This document shows, one piece after another, positions 24,450-37,428 of a stretch of 64,000 bases of DNA (position 1 is its first letter; every line of letters begins with the position of its first letter). The stretch lies in the NCBI GenBank assembly GCA_964270895.1, contig OZ185436.1, one strand, 5' to 3'. The notes beneath the pieces are model-generated. The model worked only from the letters and a program-made list of their open reading frames with translations, had not been told where the DNA came from and did no database searches. The position numbers were made by a program, and so were the translations under genes. The stretch is from Podarcis filfolensis. Lineage: Eukaryota.

Positions 24450-26734
24450 GTCAAAAGTATGAAGAAAGAAATCTGGGCATGTATAATTCTTCCATTATTT
24501 TTTCTGAAAATTTTCAGATTAGAAAAAACAACAACGAACCCTTGCAAGACACTTTGAGAAACTAATTTTGCACCTCTTTCTTTGGCCAAATTGATTTTGA
24601 CAAAACTAGCTTGATTAATGAGTCCTTAGGGCTGCTTCTGATATGGATAGCCAAGTACAAACTTTGCATGTTGGTACTGCATGAGACACAGAGATATAAG
24701 TGCACACATTTATAATTTTTGACTTCTTTCACATACAGGGTACCAAACCATATTTTATTGCACTTGTCCAATTCTATGAGATTACACCAGATAAAAAATA
24801 GTCCCATAATCATATCATGTGGAATAAATTCCGGTATAGCTAGAATACATGAAACATATAAATAACACCACTGAGCCGTCCCATTTTGGTGCAGTACCCT
24901 AAAATGAAAATAAGGGGAAGTTATCATTCGACCCCACCCATCTACTCCAAACTTTTCAATGTTACAGACAGGGATGAATGCAGGTTGGCTGACTTCCTAT
25001 GTGAGGGACAATATATATTACATCTGAAGCTATGAAATTTGATCTCTTATATAAAATTGTGTTGTTTTAAGAAATATAGCTGTTCTCTCTACTATTATTA
25101 TTGTACTAGCTCATATTCAAAACAATTATTCCAATTAAAATTGCCAGCTCTGAAGAAATATTTATTTCAAATACTACCCATGTTTCTATAAAATTAAGGC
25201 TTTCTCAGAATCATCTATTTTAAGTACTCCTCTATCCTCTATCATTTTTGCTTGGGGTTTTTGAAATACAAGTAACAAAATAAAGATGGACCAATTTACA
25301 GGTCCATGGTTCACAAATGTCTGCAGTAGTTTTAAAAGAAACAACAGAAAAACAAATAAAAGAAAACACAGGAAAAACAAAGTGATGAAAACCCAAGCCA
25401 AATGGGCTTCTATCTAGTATTTGGAATAGTACATATACAGAAAAGAATGACTGTGAGGCTGTTTCTTTCTCCCTAGGGAGAAGCTGTCATTTCCATCACT
25501 GGAAACGGTACTTTAAGCAACTGTCATGTCTGTAGGGTCCCCCTCCCTTCTTATTTTTAACATACTGTACTTTAGGACACAAACAAGTATAGAAAAGCTA
25601 AAGCTGTTATTCTGAGCGCTGAAAATAAAAATGCATTATTTTGTTAACATTTTGTCTTTCATTTTATTTTTCTAATTCAAATGTTCTCTCCCAATCATCA
25701 CACTTTATAATTGAAACTTCAACAAAAATATAACAATTATTTATTTCCTAATTTCACTCAGTTTGCTTGCATTAAAAAAGATAAATTAGCACTCTTGTAA
25801 AACAAATTGCACCCTAATGCAACCTTGTTAGGTTCAGTCTATAAAGTACCCTTTAAACGTATGTGGCTGTCAGCAACAATGACTCATGAATATGCAGATC
25901 TTTCACTTTTAATAAATTTTCCTTGGAGATCTCATAATGTAAAATTAACTTCTTTGGATAAACGAAAGGTACTGTTTCATTCAATCCTAGAGAGAAAGCA
26001 ACTTTTTGCTGTTCTGCTTTGAAAAACCTTATTATGATTTGGCTAGCAGGTAAAAAAAGATAAAATATGCTGGAATTAGCAACAGAAACAATTTTTCAAA
26101 ACCATGAAAAAAAAACTAGTCAAATACAAAACAATGGTAGACAAAATCTCAAACACGTAACACAGACATTCATTGATCCTTCACAATGTAAGTGTTGAAC
26201 AAGTTTTTTATGCTTTATTTAAAAAATCTTATCTAATTTTTGCAAACATCAACCAGCTCAATAATACAAGTTCTTTGAACAATATTAACAGAAAGATATA
26301 AACAATTTGAAAGCATCTGGGATGCTTAAAATTGTGTTTACTCTCTTCAATATTTGAGGAGACTGCCCCCTCCTCCCCGGTTGATGGGCATTGCCATTCA
26401 AAGGGGGTGTGTGTGTGCCACATCATGTGATCAATTATGTGGATGGAATTTACCCCCCCCCCCAATATTTTATTCAAGTTGGCAACCCTGGTCCAATCAC
26501 ATGACTAATATTCTCACCTGCCCAAATTCAAGGGCTGCATGCTGTCAGTGGTCAGGGCTGAAGCCAGAATGGGGAAGGGCAAGAGTGAAAAGTGGCAAAA
26601 GACACCTCCTTTTCTTCCTGCAACCCTTTTCTCTTTCCTCCACATCCCTTGCTTCTCCCCATCCAGAAAACTACTGGAGGATCAGATCACTCTTGCTAGA
26701 AGTCTGAACTCCTTTTCTCCTTCCATCAGTTTTG

Positions 26735-26802
26735 CCTTCCTTCCTTCCTTCCTTCCTTCCTTCCTTCCTTCCTTCCTTCCTTCCTTCCTTCTCTCTCTCT
26801 CT
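26735..26802. repeat. (TTCC)n + (CT)n microsatellite
   Basis: Direct reading of the sequence. Confidence 0.95.
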
Positions 26803-27859
26803 TGATTCCTTCAACCATGTGAAATTAGACTGAGGGCATAAGGTGGCCCACTACTAATACACACAATACAAAACAACAAAGGAAAATAAAATATAGGCTT
26901 TACTCCTGTGAATAGAACTCCTCTTACAGGACACTTCTGCCTGAGACAATTTTAACCCCCCACCCACCCCGTACTTCCCTTGCCACAAACTGCTCCAGTT
27001 GGAAACCTTCTAGAGCCATGGGTGGAAGAAGAGGGAAACAGCAAAAAGTACTGTATATCCCATCTCCTTCTTCCAGCAGGGGTCTCCTCTGACTCTCATT
27101 CCCTTCAGAGACTGAAATAAGTCCTGTTTACAGAAGGACAAGTCTGGATCTAGCCCATTAAAACATTTAATGCTTAAATAACAATGCAAAAAATGGTTAT
27201 ATGCTGACCAGCAAATACAGTGTTTGTGGATATACAGAAACAAAAAAGCAACCTAGGTGGGAATGTTCACTCTAAATACAATCCAATTTAGCACAATATT
27301 TTACTTTTTACTTCTCCCTGCAATTTTAATGCCACATAAGCACAAGTAAGCTAAATAAGGCTTATGGAAATTTGTGTCAATGATATCTGCAATTCAGAAA
27401 AAAAAAAAGAATTGTGGTTGTATTTTGCAGTACACAATAGAATTGCCTTTTAATAGTAGATTTAGTTCATCTAATCCATTCTTAATCTAATTAATACAGT
27501 GTAAAGCATGATGGTAACACTTCTAAAAATAGGTGGCATCTTATGAAAAGCAAGCAAGTGATCAGTGCACAAAAGTAATGACAACCTTTTTAAAAATAAT
27601 AATTAAGGTTGTGTTTTGATTGGACATTTAGGATTTTGAGCATTTTTAAAATTTCTGTTATTTTTTTATGTGTAGTGATTAACACCTGAAAGCAAGTAAG
27701 ATATTCTAAAACATTTCAGAGCTATTAAATCTGTTTGAAAAATAAATTAAAATTATTTTTTTTTCATTTTTTCAAACTACTTCACTAAGCAAAAATATAA
27801 TACGCTAAATATTATTTTGTTAATGACACCTTCTCTTGCAAAAAGAAACCCTCAAACCC

Positions 27860-28370
27860 TCAGTGAGTTAGGGAGTTCCCACGCGTGCAAAACGGGCTCT
27901 GGAGGATTGAGTGACTGAGACCAATAGTAGTCCCAAAGTCAAGAAGGTAGTTTCTACATGTGCTGTGGAGGGAAATAAGGAACAAATGGGGCTCATCAAC
28001 CTGGGAAGGTAGCCGATCTAGAAGAAGGAAAACTCTGATCCTAAACGCCACTGTCTTGAGATATATCTTTGGACTAAGGAGCAAATTCTACAGAAATCCC
28101 AAGTGGAGTTCCTAAGACAGTTAGATTGTGCCCCGTACATCTCCTTCTGCAGCCAAGCTGGTGCCAAATGTATTGCTCTGCTTTCCTTTGGACCACATCA
28201 GTGAAGCCAGGAGGTGGGTCTTGTCATCTGGTCAGCCCAGGACCTGCATACGCACTGCCTCAGCTGGTGCCCTGGGGAGGTCACTTTGGTGCTGCTAATG
28301 TAGTGGTTGACTTCATCCCTAGAGGTAAACTCCATTATCTCTTAAGACAGATGCCAACACACAACACACA
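27860..28370 (+). mobile_element. Non-autonomous RTE-derived element (5' UTR-like part joined to the RTE 3' end)
   Basis: RTE-type 5' UTR motif ctagaagaaggaaaactctgatcctaaac. Its last ~55 bp align with the 3' end of the 12.5-13.1 kb LINE. No ORF. Confidence 0.7.
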
Positions 28371-31300
28371 TTACAATTCTGAAAAATCGAGCTTTTAGCT
28401 TCCCTCTTCTTCAAGGGATGAGGCATGCATTTGTAAATTTGATATGCGAAACGCTAAAGAATTGGAAAGTAGGAAGCAGGTAAAAGGAAGGCTAAACTCA
28501 TTAAGGCCTTCATTTCTGAATATTTCTAAGTCCAGATGTCAACAGCTGACTCAAGCTTTTCACATTTGTGGGTTAACAATTTCGGGAAAAGAATACAGTC
28601 ACTTTTTTCCAGTAAACAAGTGTTTGAAATCTTCCACATTCATTATAATGATGTGTGAAACAGCCTCATGGTGATAAACCCCTTTCTACTAGTGACAAAG
28701 CTGTCCTCCTTTCCTCACCTAAAGGTTTATTTTGCCTATGATGCCAGAAAATTAAGTGTGAGGCACATTGTCAGGGTCCGTACAAGAGATTTCAAGGCCT
28801 TAAGTTAGCATACTCTATGAAGAAAACCTACATTGTTATATCTACATTACTTAGTAGCGGATGTAATATTTGTTTGTTTTATATGACGACAACCCGAGGG
28901 TGGGGGTAGAGCAGATCAGTAAAAATAATACAGCACATAAACAAACAAAAAATTGAAAACATATAGTTAGAAACATTTTCATTCTTCATCATTTCAGCTG
29001 AATTAATCGTTCTATTGGGCCACCCAGAAGTTTGCTTGATGAACCTAGGGCAAAACCACCAAGGGAGACACCCTACTGTCAGAAAGTAATGAAGCGTGCC
29101 CCTGCTCTTTGCTTTCAAAATCAATTAAAGGTACTTACGGTCTCAGGTTTCATAAAAGATAATTATTTCACAAACTGAAATTTCACAGGTCATGTAGAAA
29201 AAAAACATCAGCGTGTAACAATTCCTCATATGTTTAATACTAAGCAGAAACATGTATCAACTATGTCCTACTCTTCACTCCTCATTGCACAAATCAATTG
29301 TACACTGACTACTCATTTTAACAGGCTGTAGAGAAAACGTGGCTTTGTTAAAAACCATGCTGGGTTTCCTCCATAGCTTCCTATCTACACAAGCCCAAAA
29401 GGTAACCTAATACTTGAATGCGTGCTGCGCTTCATTATAAATCCCCTGCCCTGGGGGCACAAAAATAAAGAATCAAAAGCGTCCCAATTCCCAATAGAAC
29501 ATAAAGAATATGACGACTTCAGCATAGCATGATAGTGTAGCATTCATTGCAGGCAGTGTGTAGGCCATACTTTTGTTTGAAGTAACTGTAAAGTTTACCA
29601 TTCAAACAGGACAGGCAGATTTATGAAATTATTAGATGGGTGAAAAGGCATGCACCTTATGCTAACACAATCATCTCCACTATTAGTCTGCAATGTGTGG
29701 ACAAGACAGGAATCAAGGTGTGTGTGGCTGCTCTGGCTCAAATGATTTGTCTTTACTTAATGGATACAGAAATATCTGAAGGGGGGGGACCCACACAGAA
29801 GATAGCTTAAAAGGAAAGGAATTATCTATCACATTTTATAAAATGTGGAACTGATTTCTGTTGTCTCGCTATCAGAGAGAAATCTGTTTTTAAGCAGAGT
29901 GGATGGCATACAGAGTTTTCTTCCACTAGCATTCCCTTTGATAACTTTCAAGATGATTTGTCGCACTCCTTGTAAGAATTATTGGGAACGCCACACTTTC
30001 TTTCAGAATGCACATCATTTCCCCTCCATTGTTTAAACTTTAAACTACCACAAAATTCTTGATGTTTAACCTTCCTCAACTCCCACTTCATTAGTTGTCT
30101 TGCTAACATTTTCTGCTGTATGTCCAAACTCAATTACAGCTATATCTATTCAATATATCTATTGAAAAGCTCTTATTGAGAAACTGGTTTCATTCCAAAA
30201 ATAAAAGCTCAATGCAGTTTAATTCTGCATTACCCCATAGTGTGTCCATTTGAAAACAGATGTAAGAGGTCCAATGTGATTGGCCAGGTATGTAGACTAT
30301 GCAGAAAAAACAAGTAACCAGTCTCCATTAATTCTAGAATAAAATGTAATGTGTGCACAGCCTCCCCTCTCTCTGTGTATTTATATCTATTAAAAAATAA
30401 AAATGCCCATGTGCTTAGTAGTAATGAAGACACTCAGCTCTAAGGCTGAGCTTTCACTGTGTTCATTGTGAGAGTGTGCAGTTGTCGTCAAACTGTGAGC
30501 AGAAGATCTGGGTGAGAGGGTAAACAACTATTTTGTTGTATATTATCTACACACATTTTATTGTTATTATCATCATCTTCATCATCTAAATATCGCAATC
30601 ACCTACACCTAAGCTTGTAGTTCAGGACTCACCAACATGGCCTGCATGGACAAGTAGTGCCCAGAGCCTTCCTTGGCACCCAGATTCCCCTCCCACCACC
30701 AGTCTGCTTTAGCCAAAAGAACAGATTGCAGTGTGTACTTGGTTGCAGTGCCTGTGAAAGTTTTTCCAGCTTACAAACGTGGCCATGGGCCAAAAACGGA
30801 TGGAGATCCCAGCTTTGTGAGTTACAATACAAATTGATTAAAAATGACAATTAAATACACAAGCCAACCACAGTAACCAAAGGATTCCAAGCACACAAGC
30901 TAACTATATGTCCCCTCTGTCTAGGCCTTAATATTTAATTTCAAAGATTTAAGGATTATTAATTTATTGAAAATTTATCTGGGTCATATTTTTCAATGAA
31001 TTTTAAGTGTGTATAATTTCTCTAGATTGTGCCCTATGTTTTTCATGAGGCAAATGATTATGTCATAGCCTTTACAATTAATAGTGAAGCTGTCAGAGTG
31101 ATCTGTGACATTCTAGGAAATTTTGGCCTCCCATTTACCAAGCTACTTCACATTTACATTAAAGTGACTGTCTGTTAGCATTTGCTTGCCAGAATGTGCT
31201 TTAATCTGTCACCTTCTTCAGCACGTGTGATGTTCCAGCAGCCTGACAATATTTCCATCTTAATAATCTAGAGTGCTATTTTTCTGATGCAACATATAAC

Positions 31301-31519
31301 ACATATCTGATATGTGATATAGCATAAAAGTGAAGGATATAAACTTGTTTTCGGACTTTGAGTAAATAAAGTCCTCAACAGTTCCTGTTTGCTTATTTGT
31401 TTATGGAATATGATCTAGCAAATTAGGCCTACAGTTTTCATTACAAATACAATGTAAATGAAAATGAAAATTCATATTTTGTCTCAATAATCTACCCCTG
31501 CATATATACTTGACATTAT

Positions 31520-31640
31520 GTTTATCTTCCTCCTTTTGTGTGACATTTTAGTGTATTTTTGGTTTCTGTGGAAGCCGCCCTTAGTGGCTGGGGAAACGCA
31601 GCCAGATGGGCGGGGTACAAATAATAAATTATTATTATTT
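31520..31640 (+). mobile_element. L2-type LINE 3' end
   Basis: gaagccgcccttagtggctggggaaacgcagccagatgggcggggtacaaataataaattattattatt, a lacertid L2 terminus with (ATT)n tail. Confidence 0.7.
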
Positions 31641-33424
31641 CTGTATGCATATGGAGAACTAAAAACAGCTCCAAAAGGCTTGAATCAGTTGAAACAATGA
31701 AGATTAAGATCTCTTTGATTGCAATGAGCACACTGCAAAGTACTGTATTTCTTGTATCAGTAAAGACAGCATTTTAGTTAGACAATAAACTTCAGAGTTG
31801 AAATTTTCATTCACAGAGTGAGGGCATGTGGTTCTTCTCCATTTTAAAGAGGAATTCCTCCTTTGGGGCATGGGAAAGTGGAACAAACAGTTTCAGGAAA
31901 CACTAGCCAAGTCATAAAAGGTATGCTTTGATATTTTTTTTGCAAATTTGCTGGCTCCTGCAAGTCACAAAGCAACAAGCCTTAGTCCATTAGTATGACA
32001 GGTAGTGTTCTTACTAACAACTGCTTTTTACTCCCCCTGACAAATGTGCTCTGTGCCATGGTTGACGTTTGTGTAGTAATCAGGACTGATGGATAGGGAC
32101 GCCAATGCTGCCGAAAGTGCCCCCCGATTTAATGTGAGCGATTTGTCAAATGTGTTGCGATTGCATTGCTGTCAGGCACAGCCAGGAAAGCACTTTGTCA
32201 TCTTTCCACCAAGCAAGGTCACTTTGGCAGGGGATAGAAGGTCCCACCAATGAAATTTTCATGTTTATTGGTGATGTGCATGGCCTACTTTCAAAACTTG
32301 TTTATTTTCTATTAAATAGCCATTTCAAGTCTCCTCTGAGAAACTTCTTTTGTTAGAAACATCCATAAGAAGGTTTTTGCTTTTTAAGATAAAAGGCCAT
32401 TGGAATAAATATACATTTGGAACATTCAAATGTAAGGAAGTGCACATTACCATTTCCACTGAAAGAAGGTGGTTTACATGAGATGTAAGAACTCTGCTTA
32501 TAACCTGATTCTTAAAAAAGTGTTGGGAACACTCAAAATGTTATGAATCCTAAACATAAGTGATAAGTGAGAAGAAAAAATACATCAGTCAAGGCATTGG
32601 ATACAAATGGCCAATAATTATTCTATATTTTAAACAGGGAATAGAAGAGTCATAACGTTCAACAAATGCACTCTATCAAATTCCACCATTTCAATTAACA
32701 GTTAAAGTTATACTTCGGGCAAATTAGCAAATGTGAAAAAAATATTTTAGTTCCTAGAAAGCTCCAGGAGGTATTACCACTGGAAAATTGAACAATATTT
32801 TCAACTGGCTGGTAGCCTTATTTGACAACATCCCAGTACAGCTCTAGTTTTGAGTAATTATGCACTGCTATCAATGAAAATAGGAGAACTATATGTACAT
32901 CCAATTGACAGGATCATAGTGAAGGTCAATAACTTGTTTTCATCTGGAGCTCCTGATCCAGCAAGTGATACATGCATGGAAGACTGCTTTTGCATCTTTC
33001 TGTTGCTATCCTTATGCAGACTGGGATATTACTCTGCATTACATATACTGTATTATCAAGGGCTGGTCCTGCGTCTATTGAAGCAGCATCACTTACTGAG
33101 GGAAGAAGAATCAAGCCATTAATGACCCAAAGCAAAGGTGCCGGGCTATACTAAAACTAAAGCCTCTAATTTTGTCAAAGTACCTTAAGGATTCCGTTCA
33201 ATTGTCATGTGCCATACTTTCATCCTCCTTACCGGAGGCTATGGTATGGAAGACGCAATAACATTTCAGTGCACGTAATTGCTGCACTTACAGAATTGGG
33301 AACTTGAAAACTTGTTATGTGAGCTACCATGTCAACTCTTTATGCACAATTGTTTTACATGAGACTTCTAAATGAGCAATTGTTAACGGGGACTTAGAAG
33401 ACAGACTCACCAATCTTGTTAGAA

Positions 33425-33545
33425 CAGGGATGGGGGTGTTGTCGGATGACAATTCCCATCATCCTTGATCCTTGGCCATGTTGCTCGGGGCTGATGGAAA
33501 TTGTAGTCCAACAACCACTGAAGGGTCGCAGATGCCCCATTTCTG
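33425..33545. mobile_element. Short hAT MITE
   Basis: cagggatggggg...ccccatttctg; TSD tgttagaa / ctttagaa (6/8). Confidence 0.7.
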
Positions 33546-33554
33546 CTTTAGAAT

Positions 33555-33725
33555 TCAGTAGCTAACAGCATGAGCAGGAAACCCTCAGTTCAAATCTTGA
33601 GACAGAATTGAGATCAGTGGGTTGCCTTAGATAACTCCCCTTTATTGGCATCCTTATTCTAAGAATTATCAACATAATGCATATGTAAACTGTTTTGAGC
33701 ATTCAGGAAAAATCCTTATATAAAT
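33555..33725 (+). mobile_element. Degraded CORE/MIR-like SINE
   Basis: B-box-like cagttcaaatc, then gggttgccttagataa, and 3' tgtaaactgttttgagcattcagg. Confidence 0.4.
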
Positions 33726-33984
33726 CCTAAATATTATTCATCAACATGGAAGCTATAGGAATTAAACTTCTTAAATACAATCACCTAGACATATTAAGGA
33801 ATACAACAGCCACTTTCCTTGATATATGCTGAAGTAGGGCAGAGATATGCAGCCACAGCTTTGACTCCCCCCTCCCCGCACTCTAACACCTGGTAGAACA
33901 GGCAAGTTCCCACTTAAAACTAGTTTACTGAGGCCACAGTGGCCCATGCATTGGTAACCTCATGACTTTATTATTGTAATGTAT

Positions 33985-34335
33985 TTTTATGGGGGCTGCC
34001 CTTGTATCTGGTCTGGAAGCTGCAACTATGCAGTATGCAGCAACCAGACTGCTCATGGGAGCAGGTTACTGGCAAACGTTACCCCTCTGCTGAGAGAACC
34101 GTGCTGGTTGCAATTTGCTACCAGGTCAAGTTCAGGGTTATTGTGTGAATTTTAGCCCTAAATAACTTGGGACCAAAGTACGTTAAGGAGCACCTAATTC
34201 TTTATGTTCTACCTTCATCACTGAGATTATCTGATGTGGCACTTCTGAGTGTTCCAAAGCCGAGGAGGCCTTTGCTGGGGACCAAGCCTTTAGTGTGGTA
34301 GGCCCTACATTGTGGAACTTCCTGGCAGAAGATAT
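33985..34335 (+). mobile_element. L2 LINE RT-distal fragment
   Basis: Decayed GLPLYLVWKLQL-QYAATRLLMG (L2 motif GLPxxxxxKLQLVQNAAARLL), ending gcctttagtgtggtaggccctacattgtggaact. Confidence 0.75.
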
Positions 34336-37300
34336 TTATAACATAGACACCCACAAAAAAGTACTCAAGGCAGTGAACAATGTAAGATTCAAACATTAAA
34401 AACACTACAATTTCAAAACTATAAAAAGTAATAAAATGTTAGAGTACATTTCTCTGCCCACTGAAGTATTCATTCCAAGAGGAAAAACAGGCCAACAGAA
34501 ACAAAAAAAAAGTCAGACAAATGCAGATCTATGTCCAATTGCAATAGGATTTGGATGTAAGAGTTGGAAAGGCTGAACTATCAGCATGGAATATATAGAA
34601 TGCCTTTACTATTTACTGCAGTGAAGGATATTAAAGGCAACCTAAGACACAATGCAATGAACAGTATTTGTCAGCAAATGTTATATACTATCTTATTAAT
34701 TGAGATAAACTATAAGAATGTGGTTTTAAGAAATGTTATCACCTTAAACTAAATCATAGACTGATTTATAATCTACCCACACACTGAGATCAAGGACATT
34801 GTTTCAACCCTGCTTATCAAATATTCAAGATTCATATCCCTGCTCTTATAGATTCTTTCTAAAGCTGCTCAGTGCACAGGAAATGATAAATTGAACTACT
34901 ATGTACTTCAGAGATTCTCTGGCAAAATGCTTTATAGTATTCACTAAATATTAGAAAGAACTTCCAAAATTGTTTAATGGGCTCAGACCTCATTGAATGA
35001 GTAGATTCCCTTTATCTGTATTTTTTAAAAAATTAGTAGCATCCATTCCTACAAAAAAGGAAACACTTTATTGAAAGACCTAAAATCAAGATCTTATTCC
35101 AAATCACACTGAAGAGTGTGCCGTGTGCTTCAGAAGTAAATGGATACAGAACATATGAAAGTGCAAAATGGGGGAGGGGGAGAGATGAGTTAAATAATGT
35201 TGAATTAGTAATTGCACTGAGCACAGATTTGTCATAATACATTAGATAGGAAAGGGTGTAATTGCCCACCCATGTACCTGTGGGAGTCAAGCAGTTACCT
35301 ATTCCCACAAATACTAATAGCAGTTTTGCCAGTTAATTCCTTAGATGCCGTGGTGTAGCAGTCAAAGACAGGAAAACCAAATACCATAGCAAACCTATTT
35401 TACTGATGCTGGCAGCTTCTTGGGCAGAAAATAGTTAACCCAACACAGCAACGTGAAAGATAGGAATTCCACAGGGAGCCTAAAGAAAGAGATGTTTTCA
35501 TCTCATTATGTCTACCTTCGTAATTATAAAAAACTCATCAACCTCTAGATGAATACCACATATAATCATTTTTCCCTGCATATTTTCTGAAGCAGGAAGC
35601 CTAACAAGATATAAATGCTACAAGACTAATTTAGGTTATTTGCAGTTCTCATATCAAGTAGAGCCAGAATGATATATATAAAAGAAACAGAAGAAAGCTA
35701 AAAATATGTTCTTAAATGATTGGTTCATAACCAAATAAATAAGAGCTCTCTTCTGGAAGAACCAGTAAATATATTTAGATCCCACTTTTCCCCCTCGGAG
35801 AATAAGAGGGCTTCACTATAGCCTAAAAAAAAAATCAATCCTGGAAGTATCCACTTCCAACTCAAATATCATCAAAGCTTAAAGAACACTGATTCCACAT
35901 AAAGAAATATGTGCAGTTACCCCATCTCTTATATAGTTATCAGAGGGTTTGAAATGGGGGAGCTGATAAGATTCATTTCACATGCACAGCAGCCTATACC
36001 CACCCTTCTCTTTCACAGTCTAGTCTGTCATTCCATTTCTTCCTTCAGTGGACCATGCAATGAAGCTGCAAAAGTCAATGTTATCAGACTGTCCAATAGA
36101 ATACCATCTTGACTTTTCCATCATCATGTAATGTGATGCTGGACTCTCTACCTCACTTAGCAAACTGTGGAATGAAGGTAATTCAAATGTCACAAGTTAA
36201 TCCCAGCTTTATGTACACTTTGCTTACCCCAGCAGATGCAGAACAGGGGTAGTGGGGATCCAAGGAAATAAAAAATGAGCAATGACTGTCGTAGCAGATT
36301 ATGTAATTTACTGAACCGTTCTTAAAAAAGACAAGTCAATAACATCCCCATTCCTGGTCCAATGTGGAAATGAATTATTTGTAGTCAGTCCTCTAACTCA
36401 CACACAAACAGAGTTGGCATTTCTGAGTGTGCCTGGATATACACAAAGTCATCAATTTCCCAAGATATGAAAAACTTTGTTTTCAGAATACCTCTGTTGA
36501 GATACAAAACTTGATCAGTCAATTCTGAATGTATGGAGGGGTGGAAGCAGGACTGATTAATGCATAAATTTCAGGGCTGCAGCTCCACTGCAATCTTAAT
36601 TTACCCTTTTATGTGTACAGTATGCCCTTTGGTTGCAACCAGAGTTACATTACCAATATTCACCATTTCTGCCATACCGTTTTTACATTGCTCTGAAGCA
36701 ACATATAAAGACAAATGGCATATACAGATGTTTGCCTGAACATGCAAAGGGCTAAACCATGTAAAGGGGCATGGATATGCTTGTCTGTCATGTGGGCTGC
36801 TGACTGAAGAGGTTCTTATGCATATTCTGTTGGACTTACAAACCTCCGTGCAAACAGTAGTCCTGTCTAATAAGGATTCCCAATTATAGAGAAGCTTCTA
36901 AGTGTATTTGACAGTACATACTTATAAAACCTCATCAGACATAGTACAAAGATCTCAAGAGGAGCCTGTGATGTGAGAGGTGTTGCGGATGGCCCCAATG
37001 TGGCACCCCTGTCCATTGTTTAGGGCACTGTGTGTTCAAGCTAATACCAGAACATCTAAAGATGTAAATGCAATGTACCAGTTACTGATGATCCACTACA
37101 TAATAGTTCTATAAACAGTGATTTTTAAAATATCTCACCATTAATCGAAACTTGGGACAACAACATTGTAGCAAAATATATTGCCTCTTACAATGACTAA
37201 AAGCTCACATGGATCTTCTAATGCAGTTATTCCTTTGGAGAAATTAGGGGGAGCACTTGCCGGTCTGCTGTTGCAGCAGAAGTTAAACTTTCTTCCATCA

Positions 37301-37418
37301 CCTGTAACTGGGGTCACTAAACGTGGTGCCCTGGGTACAATTGCACCCTAGAGGAGTCCCCCTGATGCTCACATGGCCTGCATTGCCCTCTCCATCATGA
37401 AGTGGTGAATGTGATTAC

Positions 37419-37428
37419 CTCCCCACAT
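37419..37428 (-). other. Candidate 10-nt microexon ATGTGGGGAG
   Basis: An approximately 40-nt pyrimidine tract ends ttttttcag| at 37429, a branchpoint-like ctcat lies upstream, and the donor is GAG|gtaatc (37418-37413). Confidence 0.3.

Noticed and set aside
26539-26805. ORF ending (FLPS)n
   Set aside because: Translation of the (TTCC)n microsatellite.
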